This document shows, piece by piece, positions 44,292 through 55,460 of a stretch of 64,000 nucleotides of DNA (position 1 is the first letter of the stretch; every line of letters starts with the position of its first letter). The DNA is from an uncultured Rivularia sp. (GTDB taxonomy: Bacteria; Cyanobacteriota; Cyanobacteriia; Cyanobacteriales; Nostocaceae): NCBI GenBank assembly GCA_963665115.1, contig OY762007.1, positions 6,880,001 to 6,944,000 of the forward strand, written 5' to 3'. Below the pieces are notes generated by a model. The model had not been told where the DNA came from and did not search any database. It was given only the letters and a program-made list of their open reading frames with translations. A program made the position numbers and the translations under genes.

Positions 44292-45768
44292 TCAAGCAAA
44301 AATCGGACGGGTATCGCGCAACAAACGCACTACTCCGACAAATACCGTGAAGAATTCCAAACGCCCTAAAAACATTCCTACAGTTTCTGCCCATAACAAA
44401 CCAGGTGCAGCATCCGCAGCGGTTACTCCTACCGATAAACCGACTGTTCCCATTGCGCTGGCATATTCAAACAAACTTTCTTGTAGCGTATAACCATGAG
44501 CGGCGATAATTGCGCTACCAATACCGAAAATCATCAAATAAAGAAATACAAATATACTAATTTGTTTAACTTGGTCGTTTTGCAGAAATTGACGTTGATC
44601 GCCTTGCCAAACATGGGCTTCATTTACCGCACCTGCTGGCATTAACATCCGTCGTACTTCCCATGTTAAAGCGCGGTAAAGGATGTATACGCGCATCTGT
44701 TTTATACCGCCTGCTGTCGAACCGCTGCCTCCACCAATTAACATTAATAGTATTAAGATTAACCATCCTAATCCGTTCCAATCAGTATATCCCACAGTAG
44801 AAAAACCAGTTGTGGAAAGAGCGGTGATGGTTTCAAATATAGATACTCGAATTGCTTTACCTAAGTTGGGATAAAGTGGCAAAACTACACCAAACAGCAA
44901 AACAATGCTACACAAGACGTACAAGAAAAATTGCAGCCGTATTTCTCCGTTACGCATTATTGATTTAAATTTACCTGTGACTAACATATAGCTGGTAACA
45001 AAGTTGAATGCTCCGACAATCATCAAAACGTTTGTTACCACTTCAACAGCAGTATTATCCCAGTAACCGATAGATTCGGGACGAGTGGAAAACCCTCCCG
45101 TAGAGACAGCGGCAAAGGAATGATTTATCGCATCAAAGAAACTCATCCCCGCTAAATCTAAGGCTATGGTTCCTACGATTATATATCCCAGATAAATTCC
45201 TAAAACCAGCTTTGCAGATCGCTGCACGTTAGGAACTAATTGCTCGGTACGCCCTTCCGCACTCGCTAAACCAGAACCACTTGGCCCCCGCGATCGCACT
45301 CAGTGTAATAATCGCCAATCCCGCGCCACCAAACAGTTCTATGGTGCTGCGGTAAAGTAATATCAACCGCGAAGCTTTGGTTACGTCTACCACCGAAAGT
45401 CCCGTTGTTGTCCAACCGCTGGTAGATTCAAACATTGCTTGGGTAAAGTTCAAATTCTGTACCGTCATTAACGGTATCGTACCCACAACAATTGCTACCA
45501 ACCACGATAAAACAACAATTACCGCACCTTCTTGTAATGTTAAACTGGTGGCTTTTTTGGGAGCTAGGAAACGCCATAAAACAAAGCCTAAAGCGCAAAG
45601 TATAATACCGGGAATCAGGAAACCCCAAATTAACGAAAGTTCTTCTGGATAAGCAATTAAAGCAATCAAAGGTGAAAGAATACCGAGTCCGGAAATCATA
45701 CAAACCAAACCTGTATAGCCAAAGATCGCTCGGTAACGCTGGCGTAAAAAGCTTTTGTAGCGACTCAT
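44292..45768 (-). CDS. trkH: TrkH family K+ uptake membrane protein (~491 aa; apparent +1 frameshift at CCCCC 45285-45289)
   Basis: FESTSGWTTTG, STGGFS, STTGFS, GSTAGGIK, GTVGLS, LGRLEF. Confidence 0.9.
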
Positions 45769-45769
45769 G

Positions 45770-46432
45770 TTAAACCTTCTCCCCCATAATTAGACGTTGA
45801 GCCTTAGCGCACTGGTTTGACTGACTGATTAAAATTAGGCGATCGCCACTCCGCAAACGGCTGTATTCCTTAGCTTGTAATACAGTTCCACCGCGAATAA
45901 TGCAAGCAATAGCGGCTCCATTTAAATTCAATTCTTCGGGGGTTTTCTCAACAGCAGGGCTGTTATCTTGCAGCGTCATTTCTGTTAAAGTAACTTCCGT
46001 ATCGGCTACGGGTAGTAAATTCTTAATATCTTGAATATCCGCTTGTTGTTCAATTAAAGAACCGAGAATTTCCGTTGCTGAAAAAGCTTGAGTTACACCC
46101 AACTTTTGGAAAACTTCGCGGTTGTCAGGGTCATTAACTAAAGCTATAGTACGAGGTACTCCATAACGGTCTTGAGCAACTTGACAAGCAACCAAATTAT
46201 CTTGGTCTTGAGCCGTCAAAGCCAACAAAACATCAGCACTATAAGCACCAGCATCCTGAAGTATTGCTGGGTTGCTACCATCACCCTTAATAACCGTTGC
46301 TTTCAGCTTGCGAGATAACATTAAAGCTTGCGTTTCATTGGGAGTAATAATAGTTAATTGATAGCCCTTACTAGCAAACTGTCTGCCTAAAAAGTAAACT
46401 AATTTATCACTACCAATTAGAATGATTTTCAT
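45770..46432 (-). CDS. trkA: TrkA family K+ uptake regulatory protein (RCK-N + RCK-C)
   Basis: Rossmann-like N-terminus, GDGS, DQDNLVAC, IIRGG. Confidence 0.85.
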   Translation of the reverse strand: MKIILIGSDKLVYFLGRQFASKGYQLTIITPNETQALMLSRKLKATVIKGDGSNPAILQDAGAYSADVLLALTAQDQDNLVACQVAQDRYGVPRTIALVNDPDNREVFQKLGVTQAFSATEILGSLIEQQADIQDIKNLLPVADTEVTLTEMTLQDNSPAVEKTPEELNLNGAAIACIIRGGTVLQAKEYSRLRSGDRLILISQSNQCAKAQRLIMGEKV

Positions 46433-46595
46433 ATATTATAAATAGGTCATTGGGCATTGGGGATTGGGCATTGGGCATTGGAAATAAGTTTTTATACTTT
46501 TATTACCCAATCCTAAATAAAGCAAACGTATCCTTTTTTTTATCTAATTTTTTTTAACAACTAACAACCATCCACTAACAACTATCTACTAACAA

Positions 46596-47003
46596 CTAAC
46601 CAATTGTTTTCACAAAAGCTTCCGCAGAAAGTTGCGTGGGACTAATCGTTTCAATTCCAAATTCGCGGTAAATTGCTTCGCGATTGGGGTCAAATACGCG
46701 AGCCAATACCGTGGGAAGTTCAAACAGCTTTTTAGCTATTTGCGCCACCATAATATTAATATTGTCAGAATCGGTAACGGCTAGCAAGCAATCTGCTTTA
46801 TCGGCTTTTGCACTTCTTAATACTGCTAATTCGGTTGCATCACCAACAATCTGAAAACCGCTAAATTCACCTCCTAAATTATCAAAGTTAGATTCATCAA
46901 GGTCGATAACTACAACTGAGTTACCTTCACCACTCAATTTACTTGCCAAAATTGAACCCAAACGACCGCAACCGACGACTACAATGTATTGAGATTTTGC
47001 CAT
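46596..47003 (-). CDS. TrkA-N (RCK-N only) protein
   Basis: VVGCGRLG, GDATE, DNINIM, ARVFDP. Confidence 0.85.
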   Translation of the reverse strand: MAKSQYIVVVGCGRLGSILASKLSGEGNSVVVIDLDESNFDNLGGEFSGFQIVGDATELAVLRSAKADKADCLLAVTDSDNINIMVAQIAKKLFELPTVLARVFDPNREAIYREFGIETISPTQLSAEAFVKTIG

Positions 47004-47039
47004 AGTTTTTTATTAATTCCCTACTTATTATGTGAATTT

Positions 47040-47197
47040 AGGGAATAGGGAATAGGGAATAGGGAACAGAGAACTGTTAGTTGTTAGTTGTTGGTTGTCT
47101 AAATATTACCAATTACCAATTACCAATTACCAATTACCAATTACCAATTATCAATTATCAATTACCCATGCCCCATCCCCCATGCCCAATTCCCAAT
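47040..47197 (+). repeat. Composite heptamer STRR tract (GGGAATA, ATTACCA, CCCCATG)
   Basis: Directly visible. Confidence 0.9.
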
Positions 47198-47199
47198 CT

Positions 47200-47856
47200 T
47201 TACATCTGCAAACGAGATTTTGGCGAAGCTGTAGCTCGTTGCAAGTTTTTTTGTGCTGGCTTGTAAGCTGGATCTAAATCTGTAGCTACACGATAATTTT
47301 TTATTGCTTGTAATTTGTCACCAGTTACTTCTAATAGTTCTCCTAACATATTGAATGCTTCGGCGTTATTAGGATTTACTCCAATGGCTTGTTTAACTAA
47401 GGTTATCGCTTCTTCAAATTGACGTTTGCTGGCTTGACGTTTGGCAGTTGAAATCAATGAATCATAATCTTTTGGTAAATCTGAAACGTTTTCTCTACCT
47501 AATACCTTCGATACTAATTCGCGAATTTCTTTGGGAGTAAAAGGCTTTTGCATAAAGTCTACCGCTCCTAATTTCATGGCATCTACGGCATTTTCGACAT
47601 TAGCGTGAGCCGAAAACATAATTATTTGTAAATCGGGTTTGAGTTCTTTTGCTCTTTCAAGTACTTCTATACCGTTCATTCCCGGCATTTGTAAATCTAA
47701 TAACATTAAATCGGGGTTATATTCTGCAAGTTGAGAAAGTCCGTCTAATCCATCGATAGCAGTTTTGACGGTGTAACCTTGTGGCTCCAAACATTGTGCT
47801 ACCGTCAATCGAATATTTTTCTCATCATCTACTACTAAAATGCGTGTTTCAGACAT
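47200..47856 (-). CDS. Response regulator with C-terminal TPR
   Basis: ILVVDD, LLDLQMP, FMQKP; TPR helices. Confidence 0.9.
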   Translation of the reverse strand: MSETRILVVDDEKNIRLTVAQCLEPQGYTVKTAIDGLDGLSQLAEYNPDLMLLDLQMPGMNGIEVLERAKELKPDLQIIMFSAHANVENAVDAMKLGAVDFMQKPFTPKEIRELVSKVLGRENVSDLPKDYDSLISTAKRQASKRQFEEAITLVKQAIGVNPNNAEAFNMLGELLEVTGDKLQAIKNYRVATDLDPAYKPAQKNLQRATASPKSRLQM

Positions 47857-49705
47857 GAGTTAATTCTCCTTGTTTATCGGAATGCGTATTAATAGGAAGT
47901 GTAAAACTGAATTTGCTACCTTCACCCACTGTGGAATCCACCCAAATTGTGCCGCCGTGAGCTTTGACAATCTCTTTGCATATAGATAATCCTAAGCCGC
48001 TACCGCCAATATCGCGTTTTGTTTTGACTTGCACAAACTTGTCAAAAATTTTGCTTTGAAATGCGGGATCTATTCCGGGACCATCATCAGTTACAGAAAA
48101 ATAAATTGAGTTCCCGTGTTGTGTAGCTGCAATTTCAATTTGCGATTCTGCATAGCGCAAAGCGTTAGCGACTAAGTTTGTTAACACCCAAGTAATTTTA
48201 TTAGCATCTGCGTTTACATTCGGCAATTCTTCTATTAGCTTTTTATTTAATTGAATATTCTTTTCTTGAATTTGAACTTTAAATAGCGATATTACTTTAT
48301 CAATAATAAAATTAGCTTCGATAGGCACTCTTTCCATATCAATTCGACCGGATTCTATCTTAGAAAGGTCAAGTAGATCGTTAACTAAACTCCGCAATCG
48401 CTCTACATCTTCAGAAGCAGTTTGTAATAATTCTTGTTCTCGCTCCGATAACTTTTCTTGTGCGGTTTCCAAAAGTAAATCAATACTCATTGACATTCCC
48501 GTCAAAGGAGTTCGCAATTCGTGGGAAGCAGTCATCACAAAATCGCTTTTTAACTGGTCGATTTGCTTAAACTTAGTTACATCTTGCAACAGCAAAACTA
48601 CACCCAAACGTTTACCATCTTCAGTTTTTACCGGAGTGGTAACGTAGCGATAATAATACTCAACTCCGTTTTTTTCTAAAGTTAAAACCGATTCATCAGC
48701 ATTTAATTGTGAAGACTCCCCAGATTCAGCAGTAGCTTGAATTTGATTGTACAAAGTCCGGTCTTCAATGACTTCTAAATAATGCCTTCCTTCTGCTAAT
48801 TTAGCTTTAGCATTAAATAATCTTGCAGCAGTGGGATTAATATCAATAATATTGTAGCGGTCATCTACTACTACAATTGGGTCAGAAATGCTATCAATTA
48901 TTGCTTCGTTACGCTGCTTTTGAGCAATAATAGTATTCACATTTAAAGCGTGAAAATTCTTGAGTTTTTGGCTCATAGAATTAATTTCTCCCGCTAAATG
49001 TCCCAATTCATCATTCGATTGTGGCGAAATATTTACATCATAATTACCTCTAGCAATTTCCTCAGTAGCCTGCGTAATTTTGTTTAACGGGCTTGTCAAA
49101 TTCTTAGAGAGAATTAAACTAAAAATTAATCCCAACACAGCTGCTGAAGAACCCGCAAAAATCATTGATGTAATCGCATTGCGAGAAGTAATTTGTGCTT
49201 GTTCGGAAGCAACTTCCATCGTCTGCTGATTCAAATTCCGCAAATCGATAGAAGCTTTACGTACTGCTTCAAACTTCGGTAAAAGTGATTGATTATAAAA
49301 ACTTCTTGCCGTTTCGGGCTGACTTTGTAAAGAACGGAATCGGGCAACACTGCTAAGATACTCTCGATAGCTCTTTTCCAACTTAGCTAAAATCTTAGCT
49401 TCGCCATCGATAGTAATATTATCCTTAGCTCGCGATAACCATTCAAAAAAGTCAACTTGATTATCTGCAAATAAATCAATCCCGTTTGTATTACCTTCCG
49501 ACAGCGAAATTAGAGTAGCGCTATCTTGACGCTCCAAAGCATCCACCATACCCTCAGCAGCGCGAATACTACGGTAATTTTCCCGCAAAATCGCTTCGCT
49601 AGCTTGCCCCAAACGCCAAAGATTGGCAACACCCCAAGCACCAACAAGCAGAATTAAGGCAAGACTAACACCATAACCAGCGAGAATTTTGGTTCTCAGC
49701 TTCAC
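47849..49705 (-). CDS. Membrane sensor histidine kinase (four-helix sensor, HAMP, PAS, HisKA, HATPase)
   Basis: ENYRSI sensor, DELGHLA HAMP, SHELRTP, GSGLGL. Confidence 0.92.
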   Translation of the reverse strand: MKLRTKILAGYGVSLALILLVGAWGVANLWRLGQASEAILRENYRSIRAAEGMVDALERQDSATLISLSEGNTNGIDLFADNQVDFFEWLSRAKDNITIDGEAKILAKLEKSYREYLSSVARFRSLQSQPETARSFYNQSLLPKFEAVRKASIDLRNLNQQTMEVASEQAQITSRNAITSMIFAGSSAAVLGLIFSLILSKNLTSPLNKITQATEEIARGNYDVNISPQSNDELGHLAGEINSMSQKLKNFHALNVNTIIAQKQRNEAIIDSISDPIVVVDDRYNIIDINPTAARLFNAKAKLAEGRHYLEVIEDRTLYNQIQATAESGESSQLNADESVLTLEKNGVEYYYRYVTTPVKTEDGKRLGVVLLLQDVTKFKQIDQLKSDFVMTASHELRTPLTGMSMSIDLLLETAQEKLSEREQELLQTASEDVERLRSLVNDLLDLSKIESGRIDMERVPIEANFIIDKVISLFKVQIQEKNIQLNKKLIEELPNVNADANKITWVLTNLVANALRYAESQIEIAATQHGNSIYFSVTDDGPGIDPAFQSKIFDKFVQVKTKRDIGGSGLGLSICKEIVKAHGGTIWVDSTVGEGSKFSFTLPINTHSDKQGELTHV

Positions 49706-50559
49706 CGCACTCTACCTTTTTTAATTGCAAATGAGATATAGGATACCAAATTCCGTTAGCGTTCCTGCCACTCCTCAGAGGGAATATAAGTCCATCTTTA
49801 GATAAGTAGCTAAATTAAATTAAATATTTAGATAGCGTATTAATCCAACAAATCATCAGATGTGAGATAGCTGTATTAACTGAATATCCTTGGTATCAGC
49901 AGATTTTATCAAATATGAAGTACGGAGTGAAATACGGCATGAAACATAATGAATAAGATTAGAAATTTGAATAGATTTATAAATAAAATTATCTTAAGCC
50001 ACGCAGGTGGGTTTTGCTTTTGTAGCAGCGGTTTCAACCGCCAGATAAACTAATTCGCCGAATTAATAACTAACACTCAAAACCATCAGCAAACCCTCTT
50101 ACCGCCTTAATCAAATCATCCGGAGTACCAATATCTAAATAACTACCATCAGCAAAAGCTTCCGCTTCCACTTGCAAACCCTTACTTATAGCAGCTTGAA
50201 TTACATTTCCAATTGGTATTTCAGGCAATTGCGGTAAATTTACATCTTCTTTAACAGCAATCAAATACTCGTGCAGAAACTCAGTAAACTTCGGTTTCCA
50301 AACAGCAATTGCCCACATAAAACGCAAATCTGACTGAAGCGGCTTTTCAACTATCGAACGAACCTTACCTGTATCATCAAAATCCACCATACCTGCTTTT
50401 TGAGGTTTATCCGTCGGAAATAACCCCAAAACCACATCAGCATTACCAGCTTCCAAACGTTTTAATATTTTTAGATAAGCATCTTTCGGTTCAAATAAAA
50501 TATCGGGAAAACCCAGCGCTATAACAGCATCTTTTACAAAAGGATAAGCACTATCCAAA

Positions 50560-51935
50560 TTGACATACTCCCCGGCGTAAACGCACGGGGATTCTAGTTC
50601 ATGGTTCACAGAAATCCGCTTGCTATATCAAGTTTCCCATCAATAGTATTGGCGGTTTTCTCCTCATGCTTTCCCCCTCGCGAGGCAGATCCCTTTTGCC
50701 CAAAGGTACTGTTGTTTTGCCACTCAAATCCTAATATCTTCATACCTTTTTTTAGGATGTTGATCGCCGCATTCGTATCACGGCATATTTCAACTCCACA
50801 GGATGAACATAAATGAGTTCTAGTGCTAAGTGATTTTTTTACTCTATGTCCACAATGGCTACAGTCCCCTGGCTTGTGTAGTTAGGCGATACCGCTACTA
50901 CTGCTTTATCCCAAATTTTCCCATAGTAGTCTAACCATTGAGTGAACTGATACCAACTAGCATCAGAAATTGCAAAAGATAAATGATGATTTTTGACCAT
51001 GTTCGCAATCTTCAAATCTTCATAGACAATCACATCGTTAGAGTGAACTACGTATCGGGCTTGCTTTATAGCCCAATCTTTACGCTGTCTTTGGATTTTA
51101 AGATGAACTTTACCTAATCGTTTTCGTGCCTTATGAAAATTAATTGACTGAGGTTTTTTACCTCTAACAAACTTTTTGCTTAATCGCTTTGATCGCTTTT
51201 TAAGTCTTCGTTCTGACTTTCTCAAGAATTGGGGATAAATTACAGCATTATCATTTTGATCTTTGGTGAAATATTTTAACCCCAAGTCCAACCCAACAAC
51301 CTTACCAGTGAATTCCCCAACTTCCTTACGGTCAGCATCAAAGCAGAATTGAGCGTGATAACCGTCCGCTCTTCTAATTACTCGTACACGGTTTATCTTA
51401 ATCCTAAATAGGTCAATGCGTGTTTCCTTATTGCAAAATAAAGAAAATGTCCCTGCATTAAATCCATCAGTGAAATTGATGCTCGTGCAGTCCGGAGATA
51501 GCTTCCATCCTGAAACCTTGTACTCCACAGAACGGCAATGTTTTTTAAATTTCGGATATCCTTTATTTTTTTCCTGTTTTTTACAGCGTTTATAAAAGTT
51601 AGAGATAGCAGACCAAGCTCTTTCGGCACTGGCTTGACGTGCAGCAGAGTTTAACTTCAAAGCAAAGTCAAATTCGCGTGCTAAGTATGAACACAGCTTA
51701 TATAAGTCAGCTTTACCAACCCCTTGATTATCCATCCAATAACGAACTGCTTTATTCCTAATAAACTGGGCAGTGCGGATTGCAGAGTCAATTGCTTGGT
51801 ATTGTTCCTTGGTTCCGTTTAGCAGCTTGGCTTCTCTTACTATCATTTCTATATTTTATCATGCAATATTGCGGATAAAATAATTTAATTATTAAAGCCG
51901 TGCTAAAACCACGGGGCTTTAAACCCAATTTTTTG
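50560..51935 (-). mobile_element. IS200/IS605 family tnpB-only element, 1376 bp, no target duplication
   Basis: Left end CAAAAAATTGGGTTTAAAGCCCCGTGGTTTTAGCACGGCTTT after TTTAC; right-end hairpin TCCCCG..CGGGGA then GTATGTCAA. Confidence 0.92.
50606..51846 (-). CDS. tnpB: TnpB RNA-guided endonuclease (frameshift at CCCC 50866-50869)
   Basis: GLDLG, VYEDL, then after the frameshift QDCSHCG..CSSCG..RDTNAAINI. Confidence 0.9.
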
Positions 51936-52473
51936 GTAAAAGGTACCCCATAAGGTAAACCCATAATTAAATAACCCAAATTCATCGAAAGCATTGCCCC
52001 ATCGCCAAAATATGCGGGGATATCCCACTTACCCGGACGCAAAATAAAATATGCTTTATCAATACCCGCTAACTGCATCTTTTCAAGCAAGTAGTGAGAA
52101 ACAACTTTAGGGCGTAATTTTGCTTGATTGAGCTGATTATTTTTTTTAATATCATCAACATCACCCCGAAAACCCACAGGATATAATTCCTTACTCAAAG
52201 GTAAAGGAGAAATTCGCGTAGCCTTTCCACCAGCAGGAACTAATCCGATAAGCGGGAGTTTTTTCATAGTAGATGGGGAGATGGGGGAGAGGGGGGAGAG
52301 GGGGAAGATGGGGAGATGGGGAGACAAGGAGAAATATATTCTTAATTCGCTACTTGCTACTTGCTACTTACTACTCCTAACTCCTAACTGTTCGCGGAAA
52401 AAAATATCCTCCTTTCTCGGCGCGTTATTTTTGCAGAAAAAGGAGGTTAATAAGTTTTATTTCGCTACCAATA

Positions 52474-52797
52474 CTATTTTACGGAAACAGCATCGACATC
52501 TATAGTATCTGAACTCTTTGGAACCCCATCGGTTGTACTATCTGCTGTTTGTGTATCTGTTTCGGTTACTCCCTTGCGTGATTTAAAACCTTCGATGAGT
52601 AACTGTGAAAATTCGCTAACTAATAGCGTTAATACAAAAACATCATCAACTTGCCCGACAATCGGGAAAATATCGGGAATTACATCAATAGGACTAACAA
52701 AATATACGAGAGTCCCTAAAAGTACCCACCAGCGGTACTTGGGATTACGAATCAAACCACGATACCATTCGTAAACTGATTGAATTGAGTATTTCAT
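52474..52797 (-). CDS. YkvA/DUF1232 family membrane protein
   Basis: YFVSPIDVIPD..VGQVDD. Confidence 0.88.
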   Translation of the reverse strand: MKYSIQSVYEWYRGLIRNPKYRWWVLLGTLVYFVSPIDVIPDIFPIVGQVDDVFVLTLLVSEFSQLLIEGFKSRKGVTETDTQTADSTTDGVPKSSDTIDVDAVSVK

Positions 52798-53016
52798 ATT
52801 TTTAATCTCAACATACCTTTAATTTTGGCAAAATATGACCTAAACTTCCTGTGGGAATAACCGCCCTATAACGGTATGGAATATGCTACCTAATTTTTTA
52901 GGTGGGAAAAGCTTCCGAAGTACACGATAGTTCACAAAAATGTAGAACTTGTGCATTAATCTCTAAAATTAAAGTGGTGTGAATTTGGTTGAGGATGAAC
53001 GGAGGAGACTTATAAA

Positions 53017-53800
53017 ATGAATATTGAAGATATTGTAGACAAGATCGGTCCTGTAGTGTGGCCTTTACTTTTTTTCTCGGTTTTGTCTTTGAGCGTAATT
53101 TTTGAGCGAATATGGTTCTGGCTAAGAATTCTAACTCAGGAGAGGAAGATTGTTGACCGCGTATTAGACGCAGCTCGGGATGATTGGGGACTAGCTGCCG
53201 AAATTGCAGAAAGAGCAGATCGTCAACCTATTGGTAGGTTTCTCTATGCGCCTTTAAGTTTACCAAGAAGGGACCCCTGAAACTTTTAGATTGGCGCTCG
53301 AAGCAACGGCAGAAAACGAGTTAGCTTTAATGCGTCGCGGCGAAAAAGTTTTAGAGTTGGTAATTGCCGTTGCTCCTTTGTTGGGTTTGTTTGGTACCGT
53401 TTGGGGTTTGATTGGAGCTCTTGAATCAATTAATATTTCGGATTTGGGTACCTCCGCTACTGCTGGAGTCACCACCAATATTGGGACATCTTTGTACAGT
53501 ACCGCAGCAGGATTAGTGGTTGCGATTTTCACTTTGATATTTTATCGATACTTTCAAGCTTTGCTAGTTAATCAAGTCAAAGTTTTCCGTGCATCTGGAA
53601 ATGAGATGGAGTTGCTTTATCGCCAATTTCCTCCAACTGATACCAGTCTGACACCTCGTAAAGCGCTATCGGAAGTAATTGTAGGAGAAAAAGATATCAA
53701 GCAGGAAAATTCTAGAAGCCCGCGCAGGCGAGGTAAGAATAAATTTTCCGAACCTCCTCAAACAACAGAATCCGATTCACCTGAATCTGAAGATAAATAA
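53017..53800 (+). CDS. exbB: MotA/TolQ/ExbB proton channel (~260 aa; apparent +1 frameshift in GGGACCCC 53270-53277)
   Basis: [26 protein letters not shown]. Confidence 0.88.
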
Positions 53801-53979
53801 TCGCTGACATTTCGTAGTCAACAATACACGCTTCACACACACTGCGTAAACCTAATTTCCTGCAACGCCGTGTTTTTTTCTTTTTAGGTGAGGTTCGCGC
53901 TTAAGTAGGCTTACTCGCAATTAGTAGTCCCGTTTTTCAATCCGATTCATGTTGCCAATCACGTGGTGAGAATTAATAG

Positions 53980-54711
53980 ATGAAAATAAACCTTAATAAT
54001 TCAACTGAAGAAGTTCAAGTTCAAATTATCCCGTTAATCGATGTTGTTTTCTGCATTCTGGTATTTTTTATTTTGGCATCGTTACAATTTACTCGCCAAC
54101 AGTCAATCAACATCGATTTACCCCAAGCTAACACTGCAACACCAGGCGTACAACCAGAAACGCAGCGAGAAATTCTACCCGTTACCATTGATGCAGTTGG
54201 TCAAATTTATGTAGAAAGAGATCCGGTACAGCCGCAGCAATTAGGAGATATCTTAAAGAACTATCTTGCAGAAAATCCTAAAGGTACTTTGGTACTATAT
54301 GCTTCGCGATCGGCAACTTATAATGACGTGATTGAAATATTAGATTTGCTACGACAAGTGGGTGGTGACAGGGTTTCTTTAGCAATAATACCTGGCTCAG
54401 AGGAACAGCCAGCCAATCCTAATCCATTGCAGCCACTTCCTAATTTACCCATTAATCCGGGAGTGAATCCAGATGGGGCGTTACCTTTACCAAATTCGCC
54501 ACTCACTCCTGCACCTAACCTTAACTTACCTCCCGGTAGCACTCAAATTCCACTTCCTAACATTCCCAATCAACCCCAAACCGGACAAGAAGTTACACCA
54601 AGAAGTCCAAGCGGTAATACGGGTACAACAGTTCCTCCAACATCGGCTCCTGTAACACCAGTTCCGGGTGCAACAGTTGCACCCGGTTCGACGAATCCTA
54701 GTCCTCAGTAA
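53980..54711 (+). CDS. exbD: ExbD/TolR biopolymer transport protein with Pro-rich tail
   Basis: IIPLIDVVFCILVFF, IDLP. Confidence 0.9.
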   Translation: MKINLNNSTEEVQVQIIPLIDVVFCILVFFILASLQFTRQQSINIDLPQANTATPGVQPETQREILPVTIDAVGQIYVERDPVQPQQLGDILKNYLAENPKGTLVLYASRSATYNDVIEILDLLRQVGGDRVSLAIIPGSEEQPANPNPLQPLPNLPINPGVNPDGALPLPNSPLTPAPNLNLPPGSTQIPLPNIPNQPQTGQEVTPRSPSGNTGTTVPPTSAPVTPVPGATVAPGSTNPSPQ

Positions 54712-54859
54712 GGGAGATTGGGAGACAAGGGGACAGAGGAGGCAAGGGAAACAATTAATTTTATTTCTCCATTTTTATTTTCTTCCTTCGCTTCCTTCGC
54801 TCCCTCCGCTCTCTTCAACTCTCTACTTGCTACTCATTTACTTTATAGGAAATTTCCAA

Positions 54860-55225
54860 ATGAATATCATCGCACTTTTAGTTGCTTGGTTGGTGACAGC
54901 CATAAGCTTTTTAATTATTAGCAAAATTCCATTGATCGGAGTTGAAGTTGATTCTCTGAATAAAAGCTTTGTTTCTGCGGCTGTTCTTGGTCTTATTACC
55001 GTATTTGTTAAACCAATCCTCAGACTGTTTTTTGCAATTCCAAATCTTCTTACATTAACTCTATTTCAAGGAGTGTTTACCTTTATTATCTCTGTTATTT
55101 GTTTTGGAATTGCAGCTTTCCTAGTACAAGGATTTCGCTTGCGTTATGGAATTTGGAGCGCAATAATGGGAGCGCTAACACTCTCAGTTGTTAGCAGCAT
55201 AATTTACCATATTTTACCTTTGTAA
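54860..55225 (+). CDS. Phage holin family 4-TM membrane protein (second paralogue)
   Basis: Start at MNIIALL after AGGA; VKPIL..PNLLTL. Confidence 0.78.
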   Translation: MNIIALLVAWLVTAISFLIISKIPLIGVEVDSLNKSFVSAAVLGLITVFVKPILRLFFAIPNLLTLTLFQGVFTFIISVICFGIAAFLVQGFRLRYGIWSAIMGALTLSVVSSIIYHILPL

Positions 55226-55460
55226 GCTCAAAAGTTAGGAGCGATAAATCAAGATTTAACTCCTAACTTCTTCACGAGAGATTTTAGATGTTTTGGATTT
55301 TGGATTGTTCTCTTCTTTAAAAAATAAGCTTGTCAACTTCAGATTTTATATTTTAAATTAAAGATTTTTAGATTTGGATATTTTAGATTATCCCCTACTT
55401 GAGCTAGGGGTTTGTTCTTTTAATCTAAAATCCAAAATCTACAATCCAAAATTGGAAAGG

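Larger units (their letters stand above)
50070..52267 (-). pseudogene. Sugar-phosphate nucleotidyltransferase (RmlA-like, 273 aa when rejoined) interrupted by IS
   Basis: GLVPAGGKATRISP..SKEL N-half (51936-52267) and LDSAYPF..EKP..YLDIGTP C-half (50070-50559) rejoin in frame. Confidence 0.9.

Noticed and set aside
47081..47277. Small ORFs over heptamer repeats (also 33889-34235, 38028-38333, 52281-52505, 55374-55586)
   Set aside because: They translate STRR/REP or AT-rich intergenic DNA, or overlap real genes; no coding signature
50070..50609. Stand-alone 179-aa gene starting MNHELES
   Set aside because: Its N-terminus is read from the IS right end; the rest is the 3' half of the interrupted nucleotidyltransferase
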